IMG/VR virus record: IMGVR_UViG_3300005459_000006
Coordinates: 4,721 to 68,720 of that record
Strand: one strand, 5' to 3'
DNA: 64,000 nucleotides
DNA from: a virus
Taxonomy: Duplodnaviria; Caudoviricetes
In this document: in pieces, positions 44,290-55,167 of the stretch
How positions within the stretch are numbered: position 1 is the stretch's first letter
Layout of the letters: each line of letters begins with the position of its first letter
Notes under the pieces: generated by a model
The model's input: only the letters and a program-made list of their open reading frames with translations
Told to the model about the DNA's origin: nothing
Databases searched by the model: none
Position numbers and translations under genes: made by a program

Positions 44290-45989
44290 TGCCAACTATC
44301 GATTGTGATGCAGCTGGAATTGGCGATTACTTTAGCGCCACGGAGGTAATGGTAGATCCAGTTGATCCTGGTGTCGAGAGGAATGCTATCTACACTGTTC
44401 GACTCCAGGTCTTTGTTGACACTGCAATTACAGCAACTCCTGGCGATGGAAGCCACTACGCATTCGGGGATGTTGCTCCTCCTTTTACTGCGATTGGCAC
44501 GATTCGCTCTCCTGCCAGCGGACCTTGGCCTGATAATCGATCTAGTTACTACTATGTTGAAAGTCATTTCGTAGGGGATTGGCAAGAAACAAAGGATCGT
44601 TTCGACGCTGGCGCTGTCTCCATTGGAACTGTTGGTGCTAGGATTATCGATAGTCTTGGCGATCCAACGACTACCATGGATGTTACGGTTTCAGGAGTTG
44701 AAACCGTCAGCTATGTTCTTGCCAGTCCAGAAGTTATTAGTGTAGATCCTCCTGTTGGCCCACCGGACGAAGTCACCTCAGTTACCATTCATGGTCATCA
44801 TTTCGACGAAAGTGCCACTGTAGATTTTAACGGTATCGCTGCGACAAGCGTCGTCGTAGTTGATTCTGATACTATCACGTGCGATACGCCTGCTCTCAGT
44901 CAAGGCTTGGCTGCAGTCAAAGTCACGATTGATAATGAAGGCCTGAAAAGCGGCACTCTTGATCCGGGTTTTGATTTCACTACTCTCACGGTTAAATTCG
45001 GTTCTACCTTTGGTATCGGTGCGACCGTCATCGATTCCACCCATATGTCCGTCATTGCTCCAGCACACGCTGCTGGAACTGTGCGGATGGAAGTTCTCAA
45101 AGACGGCGACGTATTCGCTTTCCTCGATGATGCCTACGAATTCATTCAAGCTGGCATCTCGATCAGTCCAACAATCGGTTCATCCTTTGGCGACACTCTA
45201 ATCACGCTTACTGGTGAAGACCTTGTTCCAGGTGCCACAATCACTATCGATGGCGAGCCTGCTGTTGACGTCACCTATGTAGACGCTGAAACGTATACGT
45301 TCAAGACATTCCCTCATTCGCCGGGAATGGTAGACATCGTCTATACGCCAGCTATAGGCGATCCCGAAACACGTCAGTTCCAATATCACGTCTTCCCGTC
45401 TTTCACACCTCCTGGCAGTTCTCCTGATGGTGGCGAACTAATCACAATCAAACGATGGTTCTCGGAAGAAGAGGATGGCACTGAATTTATCCCCGGTGCC
45501 AGTGTCACCATTGGCGGAACTCCTGCTACCGACGTCACATTTATCGATGTGGACACTTACACTTGTATTGCTCCTCCTCATGCTGCAGGTCTCGTTGATG
45601 TCGTAATTGAGGACATCAGCAGCCTTGGGCTGACGATGCTCTATGAGGATAGCTTTGCATACGGATCGTCTGTTGGTTCTGCAACGATTGATGCTGGTCC
45701 GGATAAAGTCGCACATGGCCCAGCTCCCAGTGTTGTTTCGGTTCTAGCGAAGACGTCGGATCCCTCGATGACCTTCTTGTGGGAACAGACTGGAGGTCCG
45801 CAAGCTGCTGTGATTTCTTCGCCAACGACTCTGGGAACTAATCTTACTTTCAATGAATACATCCCCGGAGTCTATACGTTTCGCATTACTGGCAGTTTCG
45901 TTGACATGCCATCTGTCGCGGATAGTATGGCGGTGACGATTCAACCGCCTGAAGTCCCTCGGATTAGGATCACGGTGGCAACGCCATGA
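44289..45989 (+). CDS. tail protein with IPT/TIG repeats and a PKD-like domain
   Basis: VISVDPPVGP..VTIHG, ISPTIGSSFGDTLITLTG; DAGPD..W.QTGGP. Confidence 0.75.
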   Translation: MPTIDCDAAGIGDYFSATEVMVDPVDPGVERNAIYTVRLQVFVDTAITATPGDGSHYAFGDVAPPFTAIGTIRSPASGPWPDNRSSYYYVESHFVGDWQETKDRFDAGAVSIGTVGARIIDSLGDPTTTMDVTVSGVETVSYVLASPEVISVDPPVGPPDEVTSVTIHGHHFDESATVDFNGIAATSVVVVDSDTITCDTPALSQGLAAVKVTIDNEGLKSGTLDPGFDFTTLTVKFGSTFGIGATVIDSTHMSVIAPAHAAGTVRMEVLKDGDVFAFLDDAYEFIQAGISISPTIGSSFGDTLITLTGEDLVPGATITIDGEPAVDVTYVDAETYTFKTFPHSPGMVDIVYTPAIGDPETRQFQYHVFPSFTPPGSSPDGGELITIKRWFSEEEDGTEFIPGASVTIGGTPATDVTFIDVDTYTCIAPPHAAGLVDVVIEDISSLGLTMLYEDSFAYGSSVGSATIDAGPDKVAHGPAPSVVSVLAKTSDPSMTFLWEQTGGPQAAVISSPTTLGTNLTFNEYIPGVYTFRITGSFVDMPSVADSMAVTIQPPEVPRIRITVATP

Positions 45990-48235
45990 TCATCACTTGG
46001 CCGGGGACAGCAACGCTGACAGCTAGTATCCCAGATGATCCGGGCTGGGTTCCGTTTGCTTACGAGTGGACGCAAATATCTGGGCCTGATACCGCCATAA
46101 TCGCTTCTCCTAACAGTCTTGTCACAAGCGTTACTTTTCCTGAAGTCCAAGGATACTACGCTTTTCAATTCACGGCCTTTGCGGATAGTTTCCCAGCAGA
46201 TTACGAGAGCTATCTGCTAACGGAAACCAACGAGCAGATCTTAACCGAGGATGGTCTGCCGCTTATCATCGATGAAGCGGAGACTGAAATTCTCGGTAGT
46301 GCTATTACGAGGGTCTTTCTTTTCACTGGAGCTCTTGTCTCAGACTACGGCCCGACTGCCATTGGTGGAGATCTGCACATTCTAATCAATGGCGTTGAAT
46401 ACGTGACTGGGGCACTTGATCCTACGAAGTATGTGCGGGCGGAAACCCTCTCGATACAGGAAAGTCAGGACGCAAATCCAAATCGAGCTTCATTCAATGT
46501 TCGTGGTTTCATACCAGAAATTGGTGATGAAGTTATAATCTTACTCGATGATGAGAGAATCTTTGCTGGCAATTTCTTTAGCGATTCGCATGATGCTGAA
46601 GAGAAGCTCAGTATCGATTACGATCAGATCACAGTAGTAGACTACAACTGGCATCTGAAGCGCCGGAAAATTAGCCGGAAATATGAGAATGTCTCCGGCA
46701 CTACTATTGTGAATGAAATCATCGGTATGGCTCCTGGCTTCACTAATTCGAGGGTGCAGGCCGGACTGGCGATGATCAGCATAGACTTCTCCAACGGCGT
46801 AGATCTTGCTACTGCCTTGGATCAGGTTGCCGCTCTTCTTCCAGGAACCTCATGGAAAGTCAATTACTATAAGGATCTCTTCTTTGGTGTGTTCGATGCT
46901 TCGGTCACGCCACCTAATCCTATCACGACGTCTCACCCAACCGTTCGGAATTTTGGCGTAGATCGCAATCTTGGTTCGTGGGTTACGCGTGTTCGAGTGA
47001 ATGGGCCAACGACGAATACAACCAAAGATCGTAACAGCGTAGGCTTCCTCTATGTAGACGAGATCAAGGGCTTCGAGGGAGGCGGTGACGTTAACGTTGA
47101 TGGCGTTGATACGACGTATACCGCGGCGAATCGTCGCCTAGTAACACCTGACACAGAAACGAACGAAGACGACATTGCACCGCCAGATATCGAGTGCGGC
47201 TCGTTCGAAGACATGCGTAAGCAGAAGCTACTAAAGATCAGTGCAAGACCAATTCGCACTGGCCTTGGAATTAATACCGGACTAACTTCCCAGTCCTATA
47301 AATACTACACGACCTATGTAACTTCCAAAGGCGAATCGAAGTGGCAGGAAGAGATTACAGTCTCTTTACCTAATATTCCGGTTATCTACGGAGGGTTCAC
47401 CTCCTCGATAGGCGGGGCCGTCGCGAGTGATTGGCAGACTCATCCAAAATACAATGCTGTGGAATTTGTCGCTGAAGCTATTCCGATGTCGATTTCTCGG
47501 ATTAATATCTATCGCTATAAGTCAGGTCCTATCGTCGCTGGGAAGAACGGCTATTTCATTGGTAGCCTTTCTGCGAAAGGTAAGTTCGGACGTATCGGTA
47601 ACAACTGGTCTTCTACGTATTCGGCGAGTTCAACTCCGTGGGACATCGGCTCGGTAATCACTCCGAGTAGTAACAGCCTCGTTGATGAAAAGAACGATGC
47701 TGAGATCGAGAAAGATCTTGAGAAGATTCCTGAAGAGGAGAAGGGCGCAGATCCTATTTGCGATGAGGAAGAACAGGACTACGAAGAGTGGCTCGAAGGA
47801 GTTCCGCACTACGGCAAGATCGATGCCCGCTCTCGAGCTCAACGTTTTACTATAGTAAATGATACTGAAGCGCAAGCAATTTTAGGTGCGAAGTTCGGCG
47901 ACGATGGCGTAATCGAGGATGTCTACACGGATACGGAGTTAGACAGCCTTGATAAGATGATTCGTGCAGGCCAAGATTATATGGCCGAGCGAAATCAGCT
48001 GGACGTTGGAATTCATTACGAAAGCCGTGACCGCAATACTCATCCTGGCAGATACGTGACCGTTGATCTTCCTGCTCCAACGAATTGCTCTGGCGAGTTC
48101 TTGATTCAAACCGTGACTATCAGCGGTTTCGGCTACGTAACTGAAGGCGGACCAATGAAGTCTTGGCCGCTTTATTCCGTCTCCAAAGCCGCACCGAGAC
48201 GGTTTAGTGCGATTAATCGTTTAGCGAATCGGTGA
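45986..48235 (+). CDS. large tail/baseplate hub protein
   Basis: N-terminal PKD-like WTQISGP; hub-like central region; synteny. Confidence 0.7.
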   Translation: MIITWPGTATLTASIPDDPGWVPFAYEWTQISGPDTAIIASPNSLVTSVTFPEVQGYYAFQFTAFADSFPADYESYLLTETNEQILTEDGLPLIIDEAETEILGSAITRVFLFTGALVSDYGPTAIGGDLHILINGVEYVTGALDPTKYVRAETLSIQESQDANPNRASFNVRGFIPEIGDEVIILLDDERIFAGNFFSDSHDAEEKLSIDYDQITVVDYNWHLKRRKISRKYENVSGTTIVNEIIGMAPGFTNSRVQAGLAMISIDFSNGVDLATALDQVAALLPGTSWKVNYYKDLFFGVFDASVTPPNPITTSHPTVRNFGVDRNLGSWVTRVRVNGPTTNTTKDRNSVGFLYVDEIKGFEGGGDVNVDGVDTTYTAANRRLVTPDTETNEDDIAPPDIECGSFEDMRKQKLLKISARPIRTGLGINTGLTSQSYKYYTTYVTSKGESKWQEEITVSLPNIPVIYGGFTSSIGGAVASDWQTHPKYNAVEFVAEAIPMSISRINIYRYKSGPIVAGKNGYFIGSLSAKGKFGRIGNNWSSTYSASSTPWDIGSVITPSSNSLVDEKNDAEIEKDLEKIPEEEKGADPICDEEEQDYEEWLEGVPHYGKIDARSRAQRFTIVNDTEAQAILGAKFGDDGVIEDVYTDTELDSLDKMIRAGQDYMAERNQLDVGIHYESRDRNTHPGRYVTVDLPAPTNCSGEFLIQTVTISGFGYVTEGGPMKSWPLYSVSKAAPRRFSAINRLANR

Positions 48236-48238
48236 TCC

Positions 48239-48997
48239 ATGCCAAAGATCCATTCATTGCCAGAGGTCACTGATCCAGATCCTGATGATGAACTTGCAAT
48301 AGTTCGTGACCCTGCTGGCACTCCAGTCACTAGTCGTATCACTGTTGCCAATCTGGCAGCACAGGGTCCAGTCGGTCCTACTGGACCTGCTGGCCCGACG
48401 GGTCCTGCTGGACCTACTGGACCAACAGGGGCGACGGGAGCAACTGGAGCGACTGGGGCCACTGGTCCTGCTGGGCCTGAAGGACCTGAAGGACCAGAAG
48501 GTCCCACAGGTCCAACGGGAGCAACCGGAGCTACAGGAGCGACTGGAGCAACTGGTGCAACTGGACCACAGGGTCCTCAGGGTGATCCAGGGACGACCTA
48601 CACCTCTTCATCAGTTGTTGAGCTTCTCCGCCTCGGACTGGGAACTCCAGCTGATTCTACTGCCAAGCTCAAGATCAATGGACAATACTATTCCCCTCTA
48701 ATCGATGATGGGAATAGCGGCACGGCCAAGACCATTGATTGGGATGCTGGAAACGAGCACTACCTTACGCTCACTGGAAACGTGACTCTCACTTTTGATC
48801 ACCCGAAGTCTGGTGGTCGTTACGTTCTATTGGTGAACACAGGCGCCGGTGGATTCACCATCACGTGGCCTGGAACTGTCGCGTGGAGTGGCTCAGCTCC
48901 TGTCAGCACGGCAGCAGCGGGTAAGCACGACCTCTACACTTTCATCTACGTCTCCGGTATCCCCAAGTATTTCGCGGCGTATCAGCAGAACTATTAG
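48239..48997 (+). CDS. collagen-repeat tail fibre
   Basis: long GPT/GAT Gly-X-Y run; C-terminal TIDWDAGN...TITWP.TV.W tip domain. Confidence 0.85.
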   Translation: MPKIHSLPEVTDPDPDDELAIVRDPAGTPVTSRITVANLAAQGPVGPTGPAGPTGPAGPTGPTGATGATGATGATGPAGPEGPEGPEGPTGPTGATGATGATGATGATGPQGPQGDPGTTYTSSSVVELLRLGLGTPADSTAKLKINGQYYSPLIDDGNSGTAKTIDWDAGNEHYLTLTGNVTLTFDHPKSGGRYVLLVNTGAGGFTITWPGTVAWSGSAPVSTAAAGKHDLYTFIYVSGIPKYFAAYQQNY

Positions 48998-49008
48998 CCG
49001 GAGGAACA

Positions 49009-49890
49009 ATGGCTTCCCCTCTGTTAGTAACGACAACCCTCACCCCGGATAACACCAGCGACGCTTCTTTCCGGGCATGGGGAAGCGCAGTGAGTGCGAA
49101 ATTTGGCACCGCTGGAATGGTCCAGACTGGCGACACTGGTCAGATCAATTGGTCCACTGTCACAACGCCGGGTGCCGCTGCAACTGCACAAGGATATGAG
49201 ATTTGGCGGTTCAACGATTCGCTTCAAGGAACGGCTCCGGTCTTCTTCAAGATTGAATACGGCAGCGCCTCCGGCAGCGCGCTACGTCCTGGAATGTGGA
49301 TCACCTTTGGATCTGGATCCAATGGCTCCGGCACACTGACCGGTAATACCAGTGTTCGTCAGGCGTTTGGATCTTCTACGAACTCTGCTAGCGCTGGAAC
49401 CTGCTATTTCTGCGGCGACAACAATCGCTTCGTTGCTGCTCTGTGGGTAGCAGGAACGGGTTCTTCAGCGCTGCTCGCGACCATGCTTTCTTTCGAGCGC
49501 ACGGTCGATTCGAGCGGAGCAGTGACATCTGAGGGAGTGATGATCCTCGTCAAAACAGGATCATCCTCATACAGCCAAGTCCACTGGAACTGTACAACCG
49601 GCCCGACGTCTACGTGGGAAACAACCATTGGTGCGATGGGACCAGCACAGGGCACTGGAATATCGGGTTCACAGATTGCTGTCTACCCGATCTTTTTCAC
49701 GAAAGGCGTGTTTCTCAATCCAGGATTGAATCTACTCGCATACGTGGGATCAGATTTTTCGACTGGTTCTTCACTTTCTGTATCACACTACGCAACCAGT
49801 CACACATATATGCCGCTTGGAACGACAACAATTGCTGGTAGCCTTTCACGGACAATTGCTTCATCGTCACTGATGATGCGTTACGACTGA
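49009..49890 (+). CDS. Gly/Ser/Thr-rich virion structural protein
   Basis: beta-rich composition; GGAGG RBS. Confidence 0.7.
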   Translation: MASPLLVTTTLTPDNTSDASFRAWGSAVSAKFGTAGMVQTGDTGQINWSTVTTPGAAATAQGYEIWRFNDSLQGTAPVFFKIEYGSASGSALRPGMWITFGSGSNGSGTLTGNTSVRQAFGSSTNSASAGTCYFCGDNNRFVAALWVAGTGSSALLATMLSFERTVDSSGAVTSEGVMILVKTGSSSYSQVHWNCTTGPTSTWETTIGAMGPAQGTGISGSQIAVYPIFFTKGVFLNPGLNLLAYVGSDFSTGSSLSVSHYATSHTYMPLGTTTIAGSLSRTIASSSLMMRYD

Positions 49891-50498
49891 TGGCTGCTGA
49901 AGTCCAATTTGTCACTGTCAAGCCGGGGATAGTCGGCGCCCAAACAAGTGTCGCTGTCCCTCCGTTCGGCTTCTTCGTCACTCTCGAACATGGCGTTCCA
50001 GGAAATCCAGCCTCTTTTGTCCTGCCGTACAATGGTTCCCTCGGCGCACCGACGAGCCAAGAAATGGTTCAGGTCGCTGATGGACTTGGAAGTTTTACCG
50101 GATTTGCCCATGCCGTAATCACAGCTATCATCGCCGGAGTCGAAGGGCCAGCTAGCCCATCCGTTTCCAACGCAGTATCCGGAACAGATTCCTCTCGAGT
50201 TGCTTGGAACGCCGTTACCGGAGCGGATAGTTATCGGGTCTATTTCTTCGATGGGTCCACTTTCGATCCTCATTCAGGCTGGGGAACATCAACCAAAGCT
50301 CGTTTCGTTACCCATGATAATTCAACGTTTGACGGAATAGATGGTCGTGATTTTAGCGTACTTCTTCACGGATATACTCAAGGGACCGATTACAAGGAAG
50401 TATTATCCCAAATGAGAGTTCCTACAGCCGCGGGAGGTGGCGGCGGTGGTGGAGGTGGAGGCACACAGTCTGTCGTCGCTTTAATGCTCGCACCATGA
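49890..50498 (+). CDS. virion structural protein with FN3-like segment and poly-Gly linker
   Basis: VAWNAVTGADSYRVY; GGGGGGGGG. Confidence 0.65.
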   Translation: MAAEVQFVTVKPGIVGAQTSVAVPPFGFFVTLEHGVPGNPASFVLPYNGSLGAPTSQEMVQVADGLGSFTGFAHAVITAIIAGVEGPASPSVSNAVSGTDSSRVAWNAVTGADSYRVYFFDGSTFDPHSGWGTSTKARFVTHDNSTFDGIDGRDFSVLLHGYTQGTDYKEVLSQMRVPTAAGGGGGGGGGGTQSVVALMLAP

Positions 50499-50510
50499 TA
50501 GGACAATGCG

Positions 50511-51179
50511 ATGCAAGATCCCACACAGGGAACGAATACACCCCTGTACTTTTTCCTGGGAACGCTTGTCACAAACATCGCCGCCCTGATAACATTGTGG
50601 CTACGCGATCGCTCCGCCGTCCGCAGAGAAGAACGACGTCGGCAATATGAACTTGAGGACAGGGCCAGACTTGTCCGTGAAGTTCAAGAAAAAACTGATA
50701 AGGTGATACAGCCAATGGCAGCACAAATCAGTCAGGCAGCCGAAGACCGCGCCCGTCTTACGGAGCTCCTCGAAAGAAACAACCGCTTGACTGAAGAAAC
50801 GGCCAACAACGTGAAGCGGCAGAATCAGCCACGTGATAAAAGTGCTCGAGAAAGGGCAACCGATAAGATCCCTCCTTCGGAAGGTGATCAGCGACGAGTG
50901 ACGAGGCGTGCGGCTGACTCACACATCGTTGCCACCTCCAAGCTCGCTGATGCTACTACTCAAGCGGCAGCAGCGACCGAGAATCTCGCAAATACTATCG
51001 AGGAAACCGCTGAGGAACAAGCCGCGACAGCACGAGAAATCGCAATGGCAACCGCCAAGGTCGCCATACAAGCCGCTGAGCAAACGGAAAAAATTGCTGA
51101 CGGCACGGAAAAGGCCGTCCAGCGGTTGGATGAAATCGCTGGCACGGTAAAGAAGATGGAACAAAAGAAAAATGATTGA
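50511..51179 (+). CDS. membrane-anchored coiled-coil protein, holin-like by position
   Basis: one N-terminal TM helix; immediately upstream of the endolysin. Confidence 0.55.
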   Translation: MQDPTQGTNTPLYFFLGTLVTNIAALITLWLRDRSAVRREERRRQYELEDRARLVREVQEKTDKVIQPMAAQISQAAEDRARLTELLERNNRLTEETANNVKRQNQPRDKSARERATDKIPPSEGDQRRVTRRAADSHIVATSKLADATTQAAAATENLANTIEETAEEQAATAREIAMATAKVAIQAAEQTEKIADGTEKAVQRLDEIAGTVKKMEQKKND

Positions 51180-51702
51180 ACGACCGCTCATTCAAATCAT
51201 CTCATCCATCGCAGAGAGCTACGAACTAGATCCCCAGCTAGTTCTTGGCTTGGTGGATGTAGAATCCAGTGGGGATCGCTGGGCCTGGAATCCAGAGCCA
51301 CGCTATCGGTATTTCTGGAACGTCCGGGCCAATCTTCCCTTCCGCTCGGTCTCAGCCGCGGAGATCGCGACGGAGATCCCTCCCTCGGATTTCCCGTCGC
51401 TCGCTGGTGATAGGGATCAGGAGTGGTGGGCTCAGCAGGCGTCGTGGGGCTTGATGCAGATCATGGGCGCCACGGCTCGAGAGAACGGATTCAGCGGACG
51501 ATACCTCACTCAGCTATGCGAGATAGATCTCAATCTGCGGATTGGATGTACCATCCTGAAGAACTTGAAAGGATGGGCAAAGGGTGACATGGCCCGCATG
51601 CTCGCGGCCTACAATGGCGGACGTCGTGGCAATATTGTTCCGCCGTATCGCAATGTCGCTTACGCTACGAAGGTGATCAATCGGTCGATTCGCTATGCCT
51701 AG
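51172..51702 (+). CDS. lytic transglycosylase (SLT-like) endolysin
   Basis: VESSG, SWGLMQIM, NLRIG, LAAYNGG. Confidence 0.9.
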   Translation: MIERPLIQIISSIAESYELDPQLVLGLVDVESSGDRWAWNPEPRYRYFWNVRANLPFRSVSAAEIATEIPPSDFPSLAGDRDQEWWAQQASWGLMQIMGATARENGFSGRYLTQLCEIDLNLRIGCTILKNLKGWAKGDMARMLAAYNGGRRGNIVPPYRNVAYATKVINRSIRYA

Positions 51703-52282
51703 CAAATCACAATTAGATGCATATGAAACATCGCTCCGTGATGCAGAACTCAGCACGGATTGCTTTACCGAGCTCCTCGCACTCCTCCCCAACAGGCCCA
51801 AGACTTTCTTGGATATCGGTTGCGGGTGTGGGCATCTTCCTGTTGTTGCTGCTTCCATGCGTATTGATTCGATGGGCATCGATCTATGCCTACCACTGGC
51901 TGATGAGACCAAGATATTCGATGGAATCACCGCCAGACTGGTTCGAGCAGATCTCACTTCTGCCCTTTCCGTTGAGCCTGCCGATCTTGTTGTTTGTTGG
52001 GAAGTAGCGGAGCATCTGCCTGAATCTGCGGCTGATGATTTCTGCAAACTCTTGGTTCGTTCTACCGGTGAGTTTCTGGCTTTCACGGCGGCTGTTCCTG
52101 GCCAAGGAGGAATGGGCCATCTCAATGAACAGCCGAAACATTACTGGAGAGAAAAGCTGTTGGCTTCCGAGGAACTCTCCTATTTTCCTCACCTGACCAA
52201 ACAGGTGTCAGAGCGATTCTTACACGTTGCGCCACGAGCTCCGTGGTACGGCAATAACCTCCAAATCTTCAGGCGAATCTAA
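51695..52282 (+). CDS. class I SAM-dependent methyltransferase
   Basis: FLDIGCGCG, DLVVCWEVAEHL, PGQGGMGHLNEQ. Confidence 0.9.
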   Translation: MPSKSQLDAYETSLRDAELSTDCFTELLALLPNRPKTFLDIGCGCGHLPVVAASMRIDSMGIDLCLPLADETKIFDGITARLVRADLTSALSVEPADLVVCWEVAEHLPESAADDFCKLLVRSTGEFLAFTAAVPGQGGMGHLNEQPKHYWREKLLASEELSYFPHLTKQVSERFLHVAPRAPWYGNNLQIFRRI

Positions 52283-53031
52283 TGCGCGACATCGCATTAA
52301 CGATGATCACAATTGATCGTTCTCCGGGGACGAACTACCTCTACGATACATTGCGAAACTTACGTCGTGGTGGCGTCTGGGATGCTGAACGTTTCCACTC
52401 TCTTCATCTATGCAATTCTACTATTGAGTCACGATGGGCCAGACAGCAGTCCTACACTTTCGCTCTTAGTTTCCATCGGCCAAACAAGGATCTGCTACCG
52501 AGTTTGAATGTGGCAGCGGCTCTGCGAGCAGGTCATTCCACTAGCTGTAAGTGGATAGTCTTTCTCGAAGATGATATCGATGTCTGTGATTTCTTCATAG
52601 AATCTGTCAGTAAATGGCTGGATCTGCATCAGGCAGATCACTTCCGTGTCTACTCGTTCGGAGCCAACTACGATGCAGTGAAAATTACTGCTGCATCGGG
52701 TGGAACCTATTGGCAGTATCCAGTCACCGCTTTCTACGGAACTCAGTGCTTTGCCATTCGCCGGGACGATGCTCTCAGCTTGTCGCACTATCTTGAAGCC
52801 AATCCGCTCTATAAAGGGACATCAGCTGGAGCGTATGATCTAATCCTGCAAGAGTGGTCCAAGTACGAATATCCACAGCTGAAGAATTTCCTCGCCTCTG
52901 CACCTTCATTTGTTCAGCATATTGGTCGGCACAGTATCATCAATCCACGTCAGGATGTCCATTCATTTCCGTCGTGGCCCGGAAGGAATTGGACATTCAC
53001 CGGTCACAAGTCCGCGATGAACCGAACTTAG
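52282..53031 (+). CDS. GT-A fold glycosyltransferase
   Basis: VFLEDDI, YGTQCFAI, SFVQHIG. Confidence 0.75.
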   Translation: MRDIALTMITIDRSPGTNYLYDTLRNLRRGGVWDAERFHSLHLCNSTIESRWARQQSYTFALSFHRPNKDLLPSLNVAAALRAGHSTSCKWIVFLEDDIDVCDFFIESVSKWLDLHQADHFRVYSFGANYDAVKITAASGGTYWQYPVTAFYGTQCFAIRRDDALSLSHYLEANPLYKGTSAGAYDLILQEWSKYEYPQLKNFLASAPSFVQHIGRHSIINPRQDVHSFPSWPGRNWTFTGHKSAMNRT

Positions 53032-53042
53032 AAGGAGACCAC

Positions 53043-54401
53043 ATGAAGTTACTAATTGGAATGCTATTCTTTCTTGCCCTCGCACCATTTGGGCAGGATG
53101 TAACCAAGGCCATCAAACTCCTCGAAGAGGCCCTCGAGGCGCTGAAACCTCCGCCGACTCCAGTCGAGATTTCAACACCAGAAGCATTTGATCAAGCAAT
53201 TGCCGCTGGAAATCCAGTCATCTCTCTGACAACTTCGTTTGTTTACACCAAGTCTCTGACCTTGACAAAGCCTGTGACGATCCAGAGCAAGGTGCCAGAG
53301 GGACGGATGAAGCCGGATACTCCGCTGCCAAAGTTTACTGGCTCCATTCGAGTGGAAGCAAACGATGTCATTCTGCAGGGTATCGAGGTCACGAACGTCG
53401 GCAGTACCGCGGACATCTTGCTTCTCCTCGGAGCAAGGAATACCGTCGATCGTATTCGGGTTCGAGGGAACGATACTACCGGCTCTAAGCGATGCATCGC
53501 CGCCAACACGGAGGGCGCCGGGAAGATTGTTCAATCGCATATTTCGAATTGCTTCCTCCCATCGCCTGGAGCTGATTCGCAGGCAATCGGTGGGTGGAGC
53601 ATGCGTCCGGGTCTACTGATCGAAGACAACTATCTCGAGGGCGGCTCAGAGACCATCCTGTTCGGCGGAGCGGATAGTGCCATCGATCGTACACCAACCG
53701 ACATCACGATCCGTGGCAACACGATCACCAAGAACCCCGCGTGGTTCGGCCAGCCTATCGGCGTGAAGAACCTCGTCGAATTCAAGAATGCCAAGAATGT
53801 CCTCTTTGAGAACAACGATTGTTCCTATAGCTGGGTTCAGGGACAGGTCGGCTACCTGCTCGTATTGACCATACGAAACCAGGACGGCCGAGCTCCGTGG
53901 GCGACGCTTCAGGACTTGGTGTTTCGAGGGAACACTTGGCGGGATGGAGTCGGTGCCGTCAACATCCTTGGCCGGGATGATATCAAGGAATCAATTGTTG
54001 GTCGGCCAGTTCCGATAGGCACCGTTCGAGAAAGCATCCCGATGGCGCGGGTCAGCATCCAGAACGACACGTTCCTCCTGGACCCTGTGAAATACAATGG
54101 TGGAACGAACACCAAATCGATTATGATTAGCGGAGGTCCATCTGATCTGACGATCACCAACGTCACGATCAAGAGCGCATCCAAAGTTGGATCGTCGATG
54201 TATCTGTCTTCTTCTCCCTCGAATGCGCCGGTCACGAATTTTACGTTCACGACGAATACAGTTCCAGTCTCGACCTATGGACTGTTCGGCGCTGGCACGA
54301 CTGCAACGCCGACGAACTGGACATCGACGAATCCATCCTGGATTAGATGGACTCGTGATAGCACGATCTCAGGCGTTACCGTCGTACCGCTGACTCCCTA
54401 G
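53043..54401 (+). CDS. right-handed beta-helix (pectin-lyase-like) protein with signal-like N-terminus
   Basis: LLIEDNYLEGGSETILFGG, ITIRGNTITK, VLFENN; AAGGAG RBS. Confidence 0.75.
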   Translation: MKLLIGMLFFLALAPFGQDVTKAIKLLEEALEALKPPPTPVEISTPEAFDQAIAAGNPVISLTTSFVYTKSLTLTKPVTIQSKVPEGRMKPDTPLPKFTGSIRVEANDVILQGIEVTNVGSTADILLLLGARNTVDRIRVRGNDTTGSKRCIAANTEGAGKIVQSHISNCFLPSPGADSQAIGGWSMRPGLLIEDNYLEGGSETILFGGADSAIDRTPTDITIRGNTITKNPAWFGQPIGVKNLVEFKNAKNVLFENNDCSYSWVQGQVGYLLVLTIRNQDGRAPWATLQDLVFRGNTWRDGVGAVNILGRDDIKESIVGRPVPIGTVRESIPMARVSIQNDTFLLDPVKYNGGTNTKSIMISGGPSDLTITNVTIKSASKVGSSMYLSSSPSNAPVTNFTFTTNTVPVSTYGLFGAGTTATPTNWTSTNPSWIRWTRDSTISGVTVVPLTP

Positions 54402-54666
54402 CGGGAGATCCCTCGAAGGCCGCGGCCAAACACGCCAGGATGGATGTAGACGGAGCAGCAATTCAAAGGCCGCTGCACCGGATATCCTGGAAATGAACCA
54501 AATGGACCACTCGAGGAGTCGCCCCAGAGATAGACCACCTTCGGTCCCTCTGGGAGCGGCGCATGATAGACGTACTGGCCTGGAGCGAGGATCTTCGCTG
54601 CATCAGCCGGTGATGGCGCAGGCGCCGTGAGAAGGCAGCTTACGATCTTGCCGACGATCAAACACT

Positions 54667-54861
54667 TCATAGCATGTCCTCCGATACCTCGCTGATGACC
54701 CGCATTCCGCCGTCTGGTGTCCGTTCGATGCGTTGCGAATTGATCTTGCCGCGAAAGAATTTGCCAACGATAGCGAGTTTGGCGAACATCTTAACCGCCT
54801 CCTCCACCTGCTCGGCAGAGAATTCGTGAAGCTCGGTCCGGTCCTTGTATCGTGATGCCAT
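54667..54861 (-). CDS. hypothetical protein
   Basis: AAAGGTG RBS; last genes of the leftward operon. Confidence 0.5.
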   Translation of the reverse strand: MASRYKDRTELHEFSAEQVEEAVKMFAKLAIVGKFFRGKINSQRIERTPDGGMRVISEVSEDML

Positions 54862-54951
54862 TTAGAATTCACCTTTCGAAAAAATTGGGAACGCGCGTCT
54901 AATCCTTACTTTATGCTGCTCCTACGATGACCATTTTTGTAAACAAACTAC

Positions 54952-55167
54952 TCAGGCTCCTGGCATGGATTTTGCTGGGACTGGTGGCGGTGAAGTCTTT
55001 GCGATCCATTTGCTTGCCTGATACGGACTGAACCATCCCTTCGCTCCATCTCTCCATTCTACGAGGATGTAACCATGGAAGCCCACGCGGGCGACAATCC
55101 CTCGGATACCGACATCCGGCACCTGGAAATTGTCGCCCGTAAGAATTACGTGGTCGCCGACCTTCAT
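54952..55167 (-). CDS. SH3/KOW-like small protein
   Basis: MKVGDHV...GIRGIV...ILVEW. Confidence 0.6.
   Translation of the reverse strand: MKVGDHVILTGDNFQVPDVGIRGIVARVGFHGYILVEWRDGAKGWFSPYQASKWIAKTSPPPVPAKSMPGA

Noticed and set aside
48360-48590. Short-period DNA repeats (also 28470-28660)
   Set aside because: Explained by collagen Gly-X-Y coding in fibre genes.
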